Source: Actinomycetes bacterium
GTDB taxonomy: Bacteria; Planctomycetota; Phycisphaerae; JAACET01
Length of the DNA stretch: 64,000 nucleotides
Assembly: GCA_030614915.1 (NCBI GenBank)
Contig: JAUXAG010000004.1
Span: 77,065-141,064, forward strand
Direction of reading: 5' to 3'
Part shown: positions 40,678 through 50,235 of the stretch, in pieces
Numbering within the stretch: position 1 is the stretch's first letter
Layout: the number at the start of each line of letters is the position of its first letter
The notes under the pieces: generated by a model
What the model saw: only the letters and a program-made list of their open reading frames with translations
Told to the model about the DNA's origin: nothing
Database searches by the model: none
Position numbers and translations under genes: made by a program

Positions 40678-40748
40678 GGGGACGTGGTGTAACGGGAGCA
40701 CGCCGCGGTCGCATCGCGGAAATGGGGGTTCGATTCCCCTCGTCTCCA
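40678..40748 (+). tRNA. tRNA-Ala (CGC)
   Basis: GGGGACG/CGTCTCC acceptor with G3:U70, discriminator A, CCGCG-GT CGC AT-CGCGG anticodon arm, TTCGATT T-loop. Confidence 0.92.
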
Positions 40749-40781
40749 GTCTTCGTTCACCGTGAGGCGGCGGACTACTCT

Positions 40782-41312
40782 TCACAATGCGGCGGCGGCG
40801 CTTTTGTCGGCGTAGGCGGCGAGGACTTGGCCGAAATAGACGCGGTGGTAATCACCCTGGGGGTAGCATTCGCTCTTGACGGTGTCGGAGAGCATTTGAG
40901 GGAGGATGTCGGACGAGCCGAGGACCTTGCACTCGTAGTTGATGGGACAGGCCTGGATGACGCCGGAGGCGACCTTTCGGGCGGAGTCGACGGCGAGGCT
41001 GAGCTTGGCGAGCTTGTCCTGATCCCGGCCGGAATGCGTGCCACAATAGGTGACGGCGTCGGTGAGGTCGGGGCTGGGGACGTTGACGGTGAAATCGCCA
41101 GCCTCTTCGATGAGCTGATAGGTGAAACGGCTGGGCCGAACCAGGACGGTCCAGGTGGGCTTGCCCCAGGTGACGCCGAGAGAGCCCCAGCCGATGGCCA
41201 TGGCGTTGGTGGGCTTGTCGGGCGAGCCGGCGGCGAGCAACAGGCCAGTAGAGCCGAGGATTTTGTTGACTTGTTGGAAGTAGTCGTCGTAGGCGATTTC
41301 TTGCTTGGGCAT
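40782..41312 (-). CDS. Flavin reductase-like (flavoredoxin family) protein
   Basis: NAMAIGWG, VRPSRFT, CGTHSGRD.DK, YECKV, HRVYFGQV. Confidence 0.85.
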   Translation of the reverse strand: MPKQEIAYDDYFQQVNKILGSTGLLLAAGSPDKPTNAMAIGWGSLGVTWGKPTWTVLVRPSRFTYQLIEEAGDFTVNVPSPDLTDAVTYCGTHSGRDQDKLAKLSLAVDSARKVASGVIQACPINYECKVLGSSDILPQMLSDTVKSECYPQGDYHRVYFGQVLAAYADKSAAAAL

Positions 41313-41449
41313 TTTGAAGGCTCCTTGTGGATTGAACGAGAAACTGGACTATGGTGGTAATCTACTAAACTTTGAAGGATTTTTGTAATAAAATCGGGGT
41401 AGAATCGACTAGTAATACGGGGGCAGCTGTCCGAAAGGGTGCCCAGGTA

Positions 41450-41968
41450 ATGACAGACTGGGAAAGAATTGTCGGCCGACATGGTGCGGCGGTGTGGCAG
41501 ACGGCGTACAGGCTGCTGGGCAATCGCGAAGAGGCAGCGGACTGCTATGGGCAGACGTTCCTGGCGGCGATAGAGCTGTCGCGGCGTCAGAAAGTGCGGA
41601 ATTACGGCGGGTTGCTGAGGTGGTTGTGCACGTGCCGAGCTATGGATCGGCTGCGACAGCGGGGTAGGCAAGCGGGGCGAGAAGAGGGCTTGGCTGATTG
41701 GTCAAACGTGGCTAGTACGAACCCTGGGCCAGTAGAAGAGGCGCAGGCAGCGGAGTTGTCCGAGCGATTGCGAGGGGCGCTGGCGGGATTGCCGAGCCGA
41801 GAAGCGGAGGTCTTCTGTATGCGGTACTTGAGTGAGTTGAGCTATCGGGATATCGGCCGGCAGTTGGGACTAAAGACTTCAGCAGTGGGCATGCTGCTGC
41901 ACAGGGCGCGGGGACGGTTGCGGGAAATGCTAGGTCAGCCTGATGGGGCTGGGGATGCGGAGATTTAG
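41450..41968 (+). CDS. ECF RNA polymerase sigma factor
   Basis: Region 2 (AYRLLGNREEAADC) and region 4 (LSYRDIG...LHRARGRLR). Confidence 0.9.
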   Translation: MTDWERIVGRHGAAVWQTAYRLLGNREEAADCYGQTFLAAIELSRRQKVRNYGGLLRWLCTCRAMDRLRQRGRQAGREEGLADWSNVASTNPGPVEEAQAAELSERLRGALAGLPSREAEVFCMRYLSELSYRDIGRQLGLKTSAVGMLLHRARGRLREMLGQPDGAGDAEI

Positions 41969-41970
41969 AG

Positions 41971-43176
41971 ATGAATATTGAACGGAATAATCCTGGCCAG
42001 GATAAAGAGAGGGTTGTGGACGAAGCTGTTCGGGCGATTCGAGAGGTCCGTGTTCCCGAAGGTCCGCCGGGGGAAGTTGTAGAAAGAGTACTGGCAGCGG
42101 GCAATCAAGAACAAAGCAAATTTGAAAAAGGGAGGTTTAATAAGATGAATCGGATAATGAAAATAGCAGCGGGGATTCTGATTGTGGTGGGCATAGGAGG
42201 CCTAATCGCCGTATTAAACCCAGGCAGTGGGGGAAGCGGCGTGGCCTTTGGCGCTGTCGCCCAGCAGTTTCGCAATGCCCGCACCGTTACTTATACAATA
42301 ATCACCGATACAGCGAGTGAAGTTATACCGACTATGCGGATGGAGGTCTCATACAAACCACCGGCATACTTCCGAATGACGGCGCCGGGCGGTGTCGTCT
42401 CGATTATGGACGGTACGCAAAAAAAAGGGATTCTGATCATCCACTCAGAAAAGCAGTTCAGGGAAATGGATTTCTCCGATTTGCCACAGGACAAACCCGA
42501 GATCGATTCTCTTGAAATGTGGAGAACGCTTCCTGACCGGGCGGACGAGGTGCTCGGGGAAAAGGAAATGGACGGCCGAAAGGTCCAAGGGTTCCGTGTG
42601 AGCGAAAACGGCATGATCGGCACTTTCTGGATTGACACTAAGACAGGGGATTTGACTCGCGTGGAAATGGAATTCCCGAACGCTCCCGGCAGTCATGCGG
42701 TTATGACTGATTTCCGGTTTGATCTGGAACTGGAAGACTCGCTCTTTAGTCTGACGCCGCCAGAAGGATATACGCAGGGCTCCCAGATTGACACGTCCCC
42801 TATCAGCCAGGACGATCTGATCAAATTTCTGCGATGGTGGTCAACGCATAATCGGGATGGCCTGTTTCCTCCCAGCCTTGATCCTGCAAAAATGGCAGAG
42901 GCAGTTATGGAGATGAACCGAGCTGGCAAGTTGTTAAAGGATCAGGAGACCTCGAAGGACAAAACACAAAGCGAAGCCATGCAAGCAACACGGGGGCTGA
43001 TGTTTGCGATGCAGATGAAGCTCGAAAGCGACTGGCACTACGCTGGCAAGGGAGTGAAGCTCGGCGACGCCGATACAGCCATCTTCTGGTACAAACAAGA
43101 AGGCTCGCAAACGTATCAGGTGATCTACGGGGATTTGAGTATTAAGGAGTTGGCGGAGGGGGATTTGCCGAGATAG
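41971..43176 (+). CDS. Putative anti-sigma membrane protein with LolA-like extracytoplasmic domain
   Basis: 2 nt after ECF; short N-domain, one TM, then FWIDTKTGD...DSLFSLTPPEGY LolA-like motif. Confidence 0.7.
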   Translation: MNIERNNPGQDKERVVDEAVRAIREVRVPEGPPGEVVERVLAAGNQEQSKFEKGRFNKMNRIMKIAAGILIVVGIGGLIAVLNPGSGGSGVAFGAVAQQFRNARTVTYTIITDTASEVIPTMRMEVSYKPPAYFRMTAPGGVVSIMDGTQKKGILIIHSEKQFREMDFSDLPQDKPEIDSLEMWRTLPDRADEVLGEKEMDGRKVQGFRVSENGMIGTFWIDTKTGDLTRVEMEFPNAPGSHAVMTDFRFDLELEDSLFSLTPPEGYTQGSQIDTSPISQDDLIKFLRWWSTHNRDGLFPPSLDPAKMAEAVMEMNRAGKLLKDQETSKDKTQSEAMQATRGLMFAMQMKLESDWHYAGKGVKLGDADTAIFWYKQEGSQTYQVIYGDLSIKELAEGDLPR

Positions 43177-43179
43177 TGG

Positions 43180-43480
43180 AAGAAATATCAAAAATCAAAA
43201 TGCAAATAGCAAAATTACAGAGCAATGCGTAGCATCCTGTGGAAATTCAAAAATAAGAAAGACGAAGAATACTAAGAAATACAGAAAAAAATTAGACGCT
43301 GATTCCGCAGATTACGCTGATGAATGCAGAGAATACAGAGCCCCCCGGCGCAGAGCCGGGATAAACCTGGGGGCTAAACAAAGAGCCCCCCGGTGGGCCC
43401 CCCAATCGCGAACTATCGCGATTGGGGACCCCTAAAACCTGGGGCTAAATACGCCCAGACGTAACTGGGGGGCTTTTTTA
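43180..43480 (+). repeat. Composite intergenic repeat mosaic ending in a terminator-like hairpin
   Basis: A-rich 7-mer arm with 17-bp insert (43226-43242), CCGGCGCAGAGCCGG, CCCCAATCGCG...CGCGATTGGGG, GGGGCTAAA x2, hairpin+T-run at 43453-43479. Confidence 0.82.
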
Positions 43481-43498
43481 TCGCCAGGAATAACAAAA

Positions 43499-44557
43499 CT
43501 AGTTCGGTAGGGGGGTGAGAAGGTAGTCGTTGAAGCCGGTGGAGGTGTGGAAGGTGGGGGCGTGGGGAGAGCCGGTGATCAGCAGGGCTTCGGTGTGGGG
43601 GATTTTGTTGATGAGCTGGAGGGCTTCGGCGACGGGGAGTACGGAGCAGGCAGTGGCCAAGGCGTCGGCGTCAGCGGCCGTGGGGGCAATGATGGTAACC
43701 GAAGGGGTCTGGCTGACAGGCTGGCCGGTGCGGGGATCGAGAATCTGAGAATAGGAACGGCCCTGGATGGCGAAGGTCCGCTGGTAGTTGCCGGAGGTGG
43801 CAACGGCGGCATCAGTGAGGGCGATGATGGCGAGATAAGGGCCGCCCATGGGATCAGTTGCGGGCTTGAAAGGGTCCTGGATGCCGATGTTCCAAGCGGG
43901 CCGGGCGGGCGGCTGACCGAAACAGACGACATCTCCGCCGAGGTCAACCAGGGCGGCTTGGGCGCCGGCTTGGCGAATGGCGTCTAAAGCGAGGTCGGCA
44001 GCGTAACCCTTGACAATAGCGTCGAGAGTAATGCTCATGTGGGGTTGGCTAAAGGTGATGGTGGAGGCTTTAGGGTCGAGGGTGATGTTGCGGTAGCCGA
44101 CGGCCTTGAGGGCGGTGGCGATTTGGTCTGAGGTGGGGAGGGTGTCGCGTTGAGCTGCGGTTCGCCAGAGGTTCATTAATGGGCCAACAGTAATGTCAAA
44201 GGCCCCGTCGGTCAGACGAGAATAATAAAAGGATCGTTCAAAAACAGTGTACATTTGGGCTGAGAGGTCCCTGGGCGAGCCAGGTTTTAGGTTGGACAAC
44301 TGGGAGATTTCGCTGTGGGGCTGATAGGTGCTGGCTAAAGCTTCGATGGCCTGAATCTTGGCCAACGCTGCATCGGCGGCGGCTTGTGCAGGGCTTTGAT
44401 CGGTCCGGGTAGCCAGGACCATGCGGCAATAGGTGCCCATGAGCTGATAGGTAAAAGTTGAGGAGGTTTCTTTCCGGCGGTCTGATATGAGAACAACGGC
44501 GGCAATTAGGGCAACGAGCAGGAGTATAATCAGAATGGTAATGAGCGAACGGGACAT
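43499..44557 (-). CDS. apbE: FAD:protein FMN transferase
   Basis: MGT, GAFDITVGPL, KGYAAD, ATSGNY, ILDPRTG, ADALATA. Confidence 0.93.
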   Translation of the reverse strand: MSRSLITILIILLLVALIAAVVLISDRRKETSSTFTYQLMGTYCRMVLATRTDQSPAQAAADAALAKIQAIEALASTYQPHSEISQLSNLKPGSPRDLSAQMYTVFERSFYYSRLTDGAFDITVGPLMNLWRTAAQRDTLPTSDQIATALKAVGYRNITLDPKASTITFSQPHMSITLDAIVKGYAADLALDAIRQAGAQAALVDLGGDVVCFGQPPARPAWNIGIQDPFKPATDPMGGPYLAIIALTDAAVATSGNYQRTFAIQGRSYSQILDPRTGQPVSQTPSVTIIAPTAADADALATACSVLPVAEALQLINKIPHTEALLITGSPHAPTFHTSTGFNDYLLTPLPN

Positions 44558-44688
44558 AGACTGCTCAACAAGAAAAGGAAAATATCCGATATCGACAATA
44601 ACAGGGATTCACAAGGAAATTAGTACAGGGGCTCAGGCGAGCGGTCAAGGAAAATGCCCGGGCGGGGTGAAGGGTTGGGGAAGTTCAC

Positions 44689-44717
44689 TTGACAGGGCCA
44701 GGCGAGACTGGTAAAAG
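44689..44717 (+). promoter_or_regulatory. sigma70-type promoter of STAS gene
   Basis: TTGACA-17-TAAAAG with extended TG. Confidence 0.5.
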
Positions 44718-44782
44718 AACTGGAGGTCAGGAAAGACAAGTCCGGCAAAGCCCGCAGCGATAGAATCAGGAGGATTGGTCAG

Positions 44783-45121
44783 ATGCCGATTCAACAGTGG
44801 TCAGATCAGATAGTAGTGGTGGACCTGACGGACGATCCGCAATTTACGGACGAACTGAACAGCCTGACGGATCAACTGGAACGGGATCCGCCGAAGGATG
44901 TGGTTCTGGATATGCAGGGGGTTACTTATGTCAATTCTTCGAATATCGCCAAGCTGCTGCGGGTGCGCAAGGCGGTGATAGCCCAGGACCGACGGATGTT
45001 CCTGACGGGGATAAGCACTCAAGTGTGGGGGATACTGCTGGTGACGGGTCTGGATAAGATTTTCGACGTAGCGGACGATACGGCCAGCGCCCTGACGTCG
45101 CTGCAGATGAATCGAAAGTAG
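44783..45121 (+). CDS. STAS-domain anti-sigma factor antagonist
   Basis: VVLDMQGVTYVNSS...TGLDKIF; AGGAGG RBS. Confidence 0.9.
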   Translation: MPIQQWSDQIVVVDLTDDPQFTDELNSLTDQLERDPPKDVVLDMQGVTYVNSSNIAKLLRVRKAVIAQDRRMFLTGISTQVWGILLVTGLDKIFDVADDTASALTSLQMNRK

Positions 45122-45360
45122 GAAGAGAGGCTTGAGGAAGAAAGAGAAAGAGCTCACCACGAAGGCACGAAGAACACGAAGTAAGAAAGAAGGGGCAACG
45201 CATAGCGTCCTTCGGAAGGCACAAAGGCAGAAAGGAAGAAAGACGCAGAAAGAAATACAGAAATTAGACGGTGATTGCGCTGATTACGCAGAAAGAAAGA
45301 TAATTAGCCACAGATTTCACTGATGAACACAGATGATACAGAAAGAAATACAGAAACATA
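45120..45360 (+). repeat. Composite intergenic repeat mosaic
   Basis: GGCTTGAGGAAGAAAGAGAAAGAGCTCACCACGAAG also at ~51291-51327; 17-bp unit at 45199-45215; CACAGAT module. Confidence 0.82.
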
Positions 45361-45416
45361 ATTGGGCTCAGATAAAAACGGGGTGGGGTTTGGGGGCAAG
45401 CTAATAAATTATTCAG

Positions 45417-46637
45417 CTAGTGGGAGTCGAACTCGAAAGGCCTTTGGGCGAAGGAGAGCCAGCGGTGTTTGCCGACACTGATGAGCAAGCCTGCGGCGAT
45501 CAGAGAGGCGCAGAGACTTGAGCCGCCATAACTGACAAAGGGCAAGGTCATACCGGTAACGGGGAGCAGGCCGAGGGTCATGGCAATGTTGATGACGGTC
45601 TGGGTGGCCAACATGGCTACGATACCGACGGCGAGCAGACGGCCAAAGGGGTCGTAGTTGGTCTGAGCAATTCTCAATCCACAAGCAAACAAGATCAGAT
45701 AAAGCGATAAAACGGCTGAGGTGCCGACCAGGCCGAACTGGGCAGCGATGACGGCAAAGATGAAATCAGTGTGGTCATGAATCAGCAAATCATGCTCGAT
45801 GAGCTCGGCGCGTCGGAAGGGCTGACCGTATAGGCCGCCGGAGCCTATGGCAATAAGGGAGCGGTTTAGCTGATAGCCGGAAGTGGCCCTAACGGATTGC
45901 TGGCCCTGTTTTAGCCAGCCGAGGATGCGGCTCTGCTGGTAAGGGGTCATTTTCAACCAGAGCACGGGCAGGGATAAGAGCCCAAGCAAAAAGACAGCAG
46001 CAATGTGCCTTTTGCGAGCACCGGCGGCAAAGAGGACGACAATCAAGGTGGGCAAGAACAACAGGCTGGTTCCCAGGTCGGGCTCGATAACGATTAAGAA
46101 CATAGGGACGAGGGCAAAGGCGAAAGGCAGGAGAAATCCCACGAAGGTACGGTGACTTTTTCGGAAGCGCAGGTACCAGGCCAAGGCCAGGATGAAAGCT
46201 ATTTTTGCCAACTCGGAGGGCTGGCCGAGGCGGACGGGTCCGATGACAAGCCAGCGGTGAACCCTGGCTTCGGAGGAAGGTGGGAGCAGGCGAACGACAA
46301 TGAGCAAAATAACAGCGGCCCCAAAGAAGAAATAAGAATATCGGCCAATCCTGCGGTAGTCGAAGACAACAAGGAAAAAAAACAACAGCAGTCCGAAAAG
46401 CAAAAAGGTCAACTGCAGGAGATATCTGTTGGCGAGGATCAGCTTCCAGGGCTGGGAACTGGGGAATGGCTGAGGCGAGGGATGATCGGCGAGGTAAATG
46501 GCCAGTATTCCAATGGCGGCCAAGGCGAGCAGGGAGAGAAAGATGGGCCAGGAAAAACGGCTAAAGAGCTTGTTCAGCAGGTTCTGAAGGCGGCGAGAAG
46601 GGCTGAGGGTAACATTGGAAAAGACTGCTGGGGACAT
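45417..46637 (-). CDS. rodA: Rod shape-determining protein RodA (SEDS)
   Basis: QPSELAK, EPDLGT, AIGSGG, HTDFIF, LPFVSYGGSS. Confidence 0.93.
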   Translation of the reverse strand: MSPAVFSNVTLSPSRRLQNLLNKLFSRFSWPIFLSLLALAAIGILAIYLADHPSPQPFPSSQPWKLILANRYLLQLTFLLFGLLLFFFLVVFDYRRIGRYSYFFFGAAVILLIVVRLLPPSSEARVHRWLVIGPVRLGQPSELAKIAFILALAWYLRFRKSHRTFVGFLLPFAFALVPMFLIVIEPDLGTSLLFLPTLIVVLFAAGARKRHIAAVFLLGLLSLPVLWLKMTPYQQSRILGWLKQGQQSVRATSGYQLNRSLIAIGSGGLYGQPFRRAELIEHDLLIHDHTDFIFAVIAAQFGLVGTSAVLSLYLILFACGLRIAQTNYDPFGRLLAVGIVAMLATQTVINIAMTLGLLPVTGMTLPFVSYGGSSLCASLIAAGLLISVGKHRWLSFAQRPFEFDSH

Positions 46638-46667
46638 TTTCTTTGGCCGTGGGCTAAGGTTCGAGCT

Positions 46668-47429
46668 CTAGAGAAAGGCGGCGGCGATAATGGCCCGATT
46701 GGGCTTGCGTGGTGGAACCAAGAGCCACACAGAATCACCGATAGAAAAGGACTGGGTCAAACGGACCGGCACTACGGTTTTGAGGACGAGCGGACGGCCG
46801 TCATATTCAAAGGTAACGACAATCAGACGAGAAAAGGCGCCTTGAGCAGAGGTTCGGACCTCGACGAGAGTGCCGAGCTGAGCAGGGGCGTTGCAGATGA
46901 CATTGAGCAAGGCACGATAGCGAAGGGCGGCGATGAGCCCGAGCAAGCCAGCGATGACAAGGAAGATAATCTGGACACCCAGCCGCGAGGCCAAGGAGCG
47001 GTCGTCGGATTCGGGGCAAAAGAAATCAGAGGGGTTGGCCGGGTCGTAACGGAGGTCGAGCTTGCTGTGAATTTGCAGCGGGTTGTCCAGATGCATAAAC
47101 AAGCTGCGGAGCCTTTCTCCGACTATGGGCTTAGCGTCGGGAGTGGGGCGAAATTCGAAGGTTACGTATTCGCTGGGTCCGCCACGCTCCTTGCGAGGCA
47201 GACGTTTGGATATTTCGGTGACTACGGCGGTGGCAGAGCGGCCGATGCCCTTTAGCCTGCGAATCCGGGCCCACTGGCCAAAGGGAGCCCGAGCAGTATA
47301 TGCACAACCGAGGATAATGATCAGGCAGGTGAGCAAGAGCATGGAGACCGGTTTGGCGGCCAGGGCCCGAAAGCGCAGAGGCCTGCTAAGCGGACGAGGT
47401 GGTGGAAGGGGTTTTTCAGAAGCAGTCAT
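46668..47429 (-). CDS. Hypothetical 2-TM membrane protein (DUF3592-like)
   Basis: TM, beta-rich segment ending LRYDPANP, second TM, second similar segment ending LLVPPRKP; embedded in mre operon. Confidence 0.6.
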   Translation of the reverse strand: MTASEKPLPPPRPLSRPLRFRALAAKPVSMLLLTCLIIILGCAYTARAPFGQWARIRRLKGIGRSATAVVTEISKRLPRKERGGPSEYVTFEFRPTPDAKPIVGERLRSLFMHLDNPLQIHSKLDLRYDPANPSDFFCPESDDRSLASRLGVQIIFLVIAGLLGLIAALRYRALLNVICNAPAQLGTLVEVRTSAQGAFSRLIVVTFEYDGRPLVLKTVVPVRLTQSFSIGDSVWLLVPPRKPNRAIIAAAFL

Positions 47430-47446
47430 ATATTTCTCCGAGATAA

Positions 47447-49600
47447 TTAGGGCGGCGAAGCAGATCGAAGGGAGAGGTCAGCCGAAGAGACAGTCTTGAT
47501 GTAGCCGTGGTCGATGCAGAGCTGAAGCAACTCAGCAGCCCTGGGTCCGGCGACCTTGGCGCCGGAATCGCCGTGCTCGATGACGACGGCAAAGGCGATC
47601 TGGGGTTTATCAACTGGAGCAAAGCCGGCAAACCAGCATCGCCAATCATCCGTGATATTTCGGTTATATTCGGCGGTTCCGGTTTTTCCGGCAATTCTCA
47701 GGCCGCCCAGGTCGGTGTCGTGTAGTTCACTGATTCGATAGGCGGTGCCCCCGCTCTCATGGACCACGGCCTCCATGGCGTCAATAACGAGCTTGATGTG
47801 TTCGGGGTTGACTTCGAGGTCTATTGAGCCGGCGTCTTGGGCCTGGTCAACAGTCAGACTTGGTGGGACATAGACGCCTCGGCGGGCAATGGTGGCCATC
47901 ATGTTGGCGACTTGCAGGGGAGTAACGGCGATCTTGCCCTGACCGATAGCCATCTGGCGAAGTTCGGCGGCGAGCAGTCGTCTCAAAGGCCCGCCATGGC
48001 TTTGGATGCCGCCTGGAATCATGCCGGGATGTTCCCGAGGCAGGTGTAGATTGGTCGGTCGAGTGAGCCCGATGTTGACAAACCAGGCAACCAAATCCCA
48101 ACTGAGTAATTCAGCGACGGTGGCACAACAAACGTTGCAGGAGCGTTTGATGGCGTCATAGGGATCGACGGAGCCGTGCGGGTGATTGCCGCAACTGGGC
48201 TGGGCAAATCCGTCCTGGTCCGTGGGACAATGATAAACGGTCCGGGGGGTGATTACGGGCGGCTCGGGTTCGGTATCGGCACTGCGAAGACGGGGGGAGA
48301 GCCCGGCGAGGATGACGGCGGGCTTGACAATGGAGCCGGGGGGATAGATGGCCTCGACGCAGCGGTTCATCCAGGGGTAATCACCCTTGACGTGGAAGGG
48401 TGGTTTGGAATCGGCTCGCCCGAGCAGGGGCGTGGAGGCCAGGGCGAGGACTTGGCCGGTGGCGATATCAATGACCACGGCGGCAGCGGGAGCAGCGGGA
48501 GAATCAGGAGAATCGGGAGAAGGTTTGGCCATGGCCTTTTCGAGGTCGGCCTGGAGGTCGATGTCGATGGTCAAGTGAAGGTCTCGGCCTTTTTCTGGGG
48601 GGAGGTTTGAGCCGGGGACCAGATTTCCGAGGCGGTCCTTTTGCTGCAATCCGCGGGAGCCACGCAGGACACTCCAATCGTAGCCTCGTTCGACTCCGCT
48701 GCGGCCGATGATGTCGCCTTCGGGCGCATATCTGCGGCGGGGATCATTGAGGTGAGCTTCGGCGGGGCCCTTTGCGAGGGCTTCCAAGTCGTCCTTGTTG
48801 ACCTGGCCGATAGAGCCAATGAGCTGGGCAGCCACGTAGCCGCGGGGATAAATGCGGCGAGTGGTAGGAATCAGAGTAAGCCATTCTGGGCAGCCCAGGT
48901 CGTTCTGAATTCGTCTGGCAGTGTCGTTGGGCAGGTAAAAAGCGACAGGTATAAAAGACAACTCCTCGCGGAGGACCAGAGAGTCGATCTGTCGGCGAAT
49001 AGACTGGGACTGGGCACTCTCGAGCCAATTGTCCTGGGCTTTTTGAAGGCGCGTTTCATATATACTTACGCTGGTGCTTCGCATCCGCTCGATTCTACGG
49101 ATGGTCTGTTGGCGTCGATCATTAATTAGTTCCTCGATTAGTTCCTTTATTCGTTCGGGATCTTCGATCAAGTTGGCTTTTTCGGTCAGTTCGGCAGGCA
49201 GGGGAATCAGGCTAGGCAAGTCATCCCACATCTTATCGATCTGGGACTTTACCTGCTGGAGATATTCAGGGGGGGTAGGGTCCCTTCTTTTGAGCTTGAT
49301 ACCATTGGCCCGGGCGCGGGCTCTAGCTAGCGTGTCGACGTATTTTTCGTCGAGACTGATGGCTCCGTAATGGATGCCGATATTGAAGCAAGGCTCATTG
49401 GCGGCTAGGAGTTTTCCGTTTCTGTCGAATATTTGGCCACGGACCGAAGGCAAGAGGACCGGAGGGCGTAAAAGAAGTTGCTGGGCATCGTCGAGGTAGT
49501 CCTGGTGGGCATAGACCTGAAGAGCTATCAGACGAGCGAAAATGACAACAAAGAAGATGGAGAGAATCAGAAAGAAAATGATAAGGCGACGATTAAACAT
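47447..49600 (-). CDS. mrdA: Penicillin-binding protein 2 (class B transpeptidase)
   Basis: RGQIFDRNG, R.YP.G, SIVK (SxxK), SCN (SxN), KTGT. Confidence 0.9.
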   Translation of the reverse strand: MFNRRLIIFFLILSIFFVVIFARLIALQVYAHQDYLDDAQQLLLRPPVLLPSVRGQIFDRNGKLLAANEPCFNIGIHYGAISLDEKYVDTLARARARANGIKLKRRDPTPPEYLQQVKSQIDKMWDDLPSLIPLPAELTEKANLIEDPERIKELIEELINDRRQQTIRRIERMRSTSVSIYETRLQKAQDNWLESAQSQSIRRQIDSLVLREELSFIPVAFYLPNDTARRIQNDLGCPEWLTLIPTTRRIYPRGYVAAQLIGSIGQVNKDDLEALAKGPAEAHLNDPRRRYAPEGDIIGRSGVERGYDWSVLRGSRGLQQKDRLGNLVPGSNLPPEKGRDLHLTIDIDLQADLEKAMAKPSPDSPDSPAAPAAAVVIDIATGQVLALASTPLLGRADSKPPFHVKGDYPWMNRCVEAIYPPGSIVKPAVILAGLSPRLRSADTEPEPPVITPRTVYHCPTDQDGFAQPSCGNHPHGSVDPYDAIKRSCNVCCATVAELLSWDLVAWFVNIGLTRPTNLHLPREHPGMIPGGIQSHGGPLRRLLAAELRQMAIGQGKIAVTPLQVANMMATIARRGVYVPPSLTVDQAQDAGSIDLEVNPEHIKLVIDAMEAVVHESGGTAYRISELHDTDLGGLRIAGKTGTAEYNRNITDDWRCWFAGFAPVDKPQIAFAVVIEHGDSGAKVAGPRAAELLQLCIDHGYIKTVSSADLSLRSASPP

Positions 49601-49686
49601 TTTATTTGAAGAAAAGGCACAAAGGCACAAAGCAGATAAAGAAAGGCAGAAAATAAAGAGCAGCCGTTACAATCGGGGCCTAAATA

Positions 49687-50199
49687 TCAGAGGCGTTTGG
49701 GGGAGATGGGAACAGTGAACCATCTCTTTCCGCCAGCCAAGAGGTAATATACGGGAGTAAGGGCGGCGGTGTAAAGGGCGATACAAAAGGAGAGGCCGAG
49801 AAAAGGGATCAAATCGGGGAAGGAGCGTCTGCCTAAAAGACAAGGAACGGCAAAACTGAAGGCGTGAGTGAGAAAAGTCCAGCAAAAGGCCAAGATGATT
49901 CGTGAAATGGGGTGGTCGGGATAGAGGATTTGCCGGGCGGATAGGGTCAGTAGGGCGAGCAGTCCGAAAGAAAAGGCAAACGCGCCAGGGGTCCCTAGGC
50001 CGATCACGTCGGCGGTGAAACCGACAATCCAGGCCGCCAGGGGAGCGTGGCGGCGAGGGGCATAAAGAGCAAAAAAGAGGGCTAGTAAAGCCAGGAAGTC
50101 GGGCCTGACGAGGTGATCGGCAAAGGGGAAGAAGCGGCCGGCGGTAATCTGCAAGACAACGGCGATAAACAAGATCAGGCTGAAGATAGGCCAATGCAT
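49687..50199 (-). CDS. mreD: Rod shape-determining protein MreD
   Basis: RPDFL, GFTAD; hydrophobic; between mreC and mrdA. Confidence 0.85.
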   Translation of the reverse strand: MHWPIFSLILFIAVVLQITAGRFFPFADHLVRPDFLALLALFFALYAPRRHAPLAAWIVGFTADVIGLGTPGAFAFSFGLLALLTLSARQILYPDHPISRIILAFCWTFLTHAFSFAVPCLLGRRSFPDLIPFLGLSFCIALYTAALTPVYYLLAGGKRWFTVPISPKRL

Positions 50200-50235
50200 G
50201 AAGACTTCCGAGAGAAAAAGGCACAAGCGGCCGAA

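Noticed and set aside
40748-43200. Genomic island integrated at tRNA-Ala
   Set aside because: No integrase and no duplicated tRNA 3' end seen downstream.
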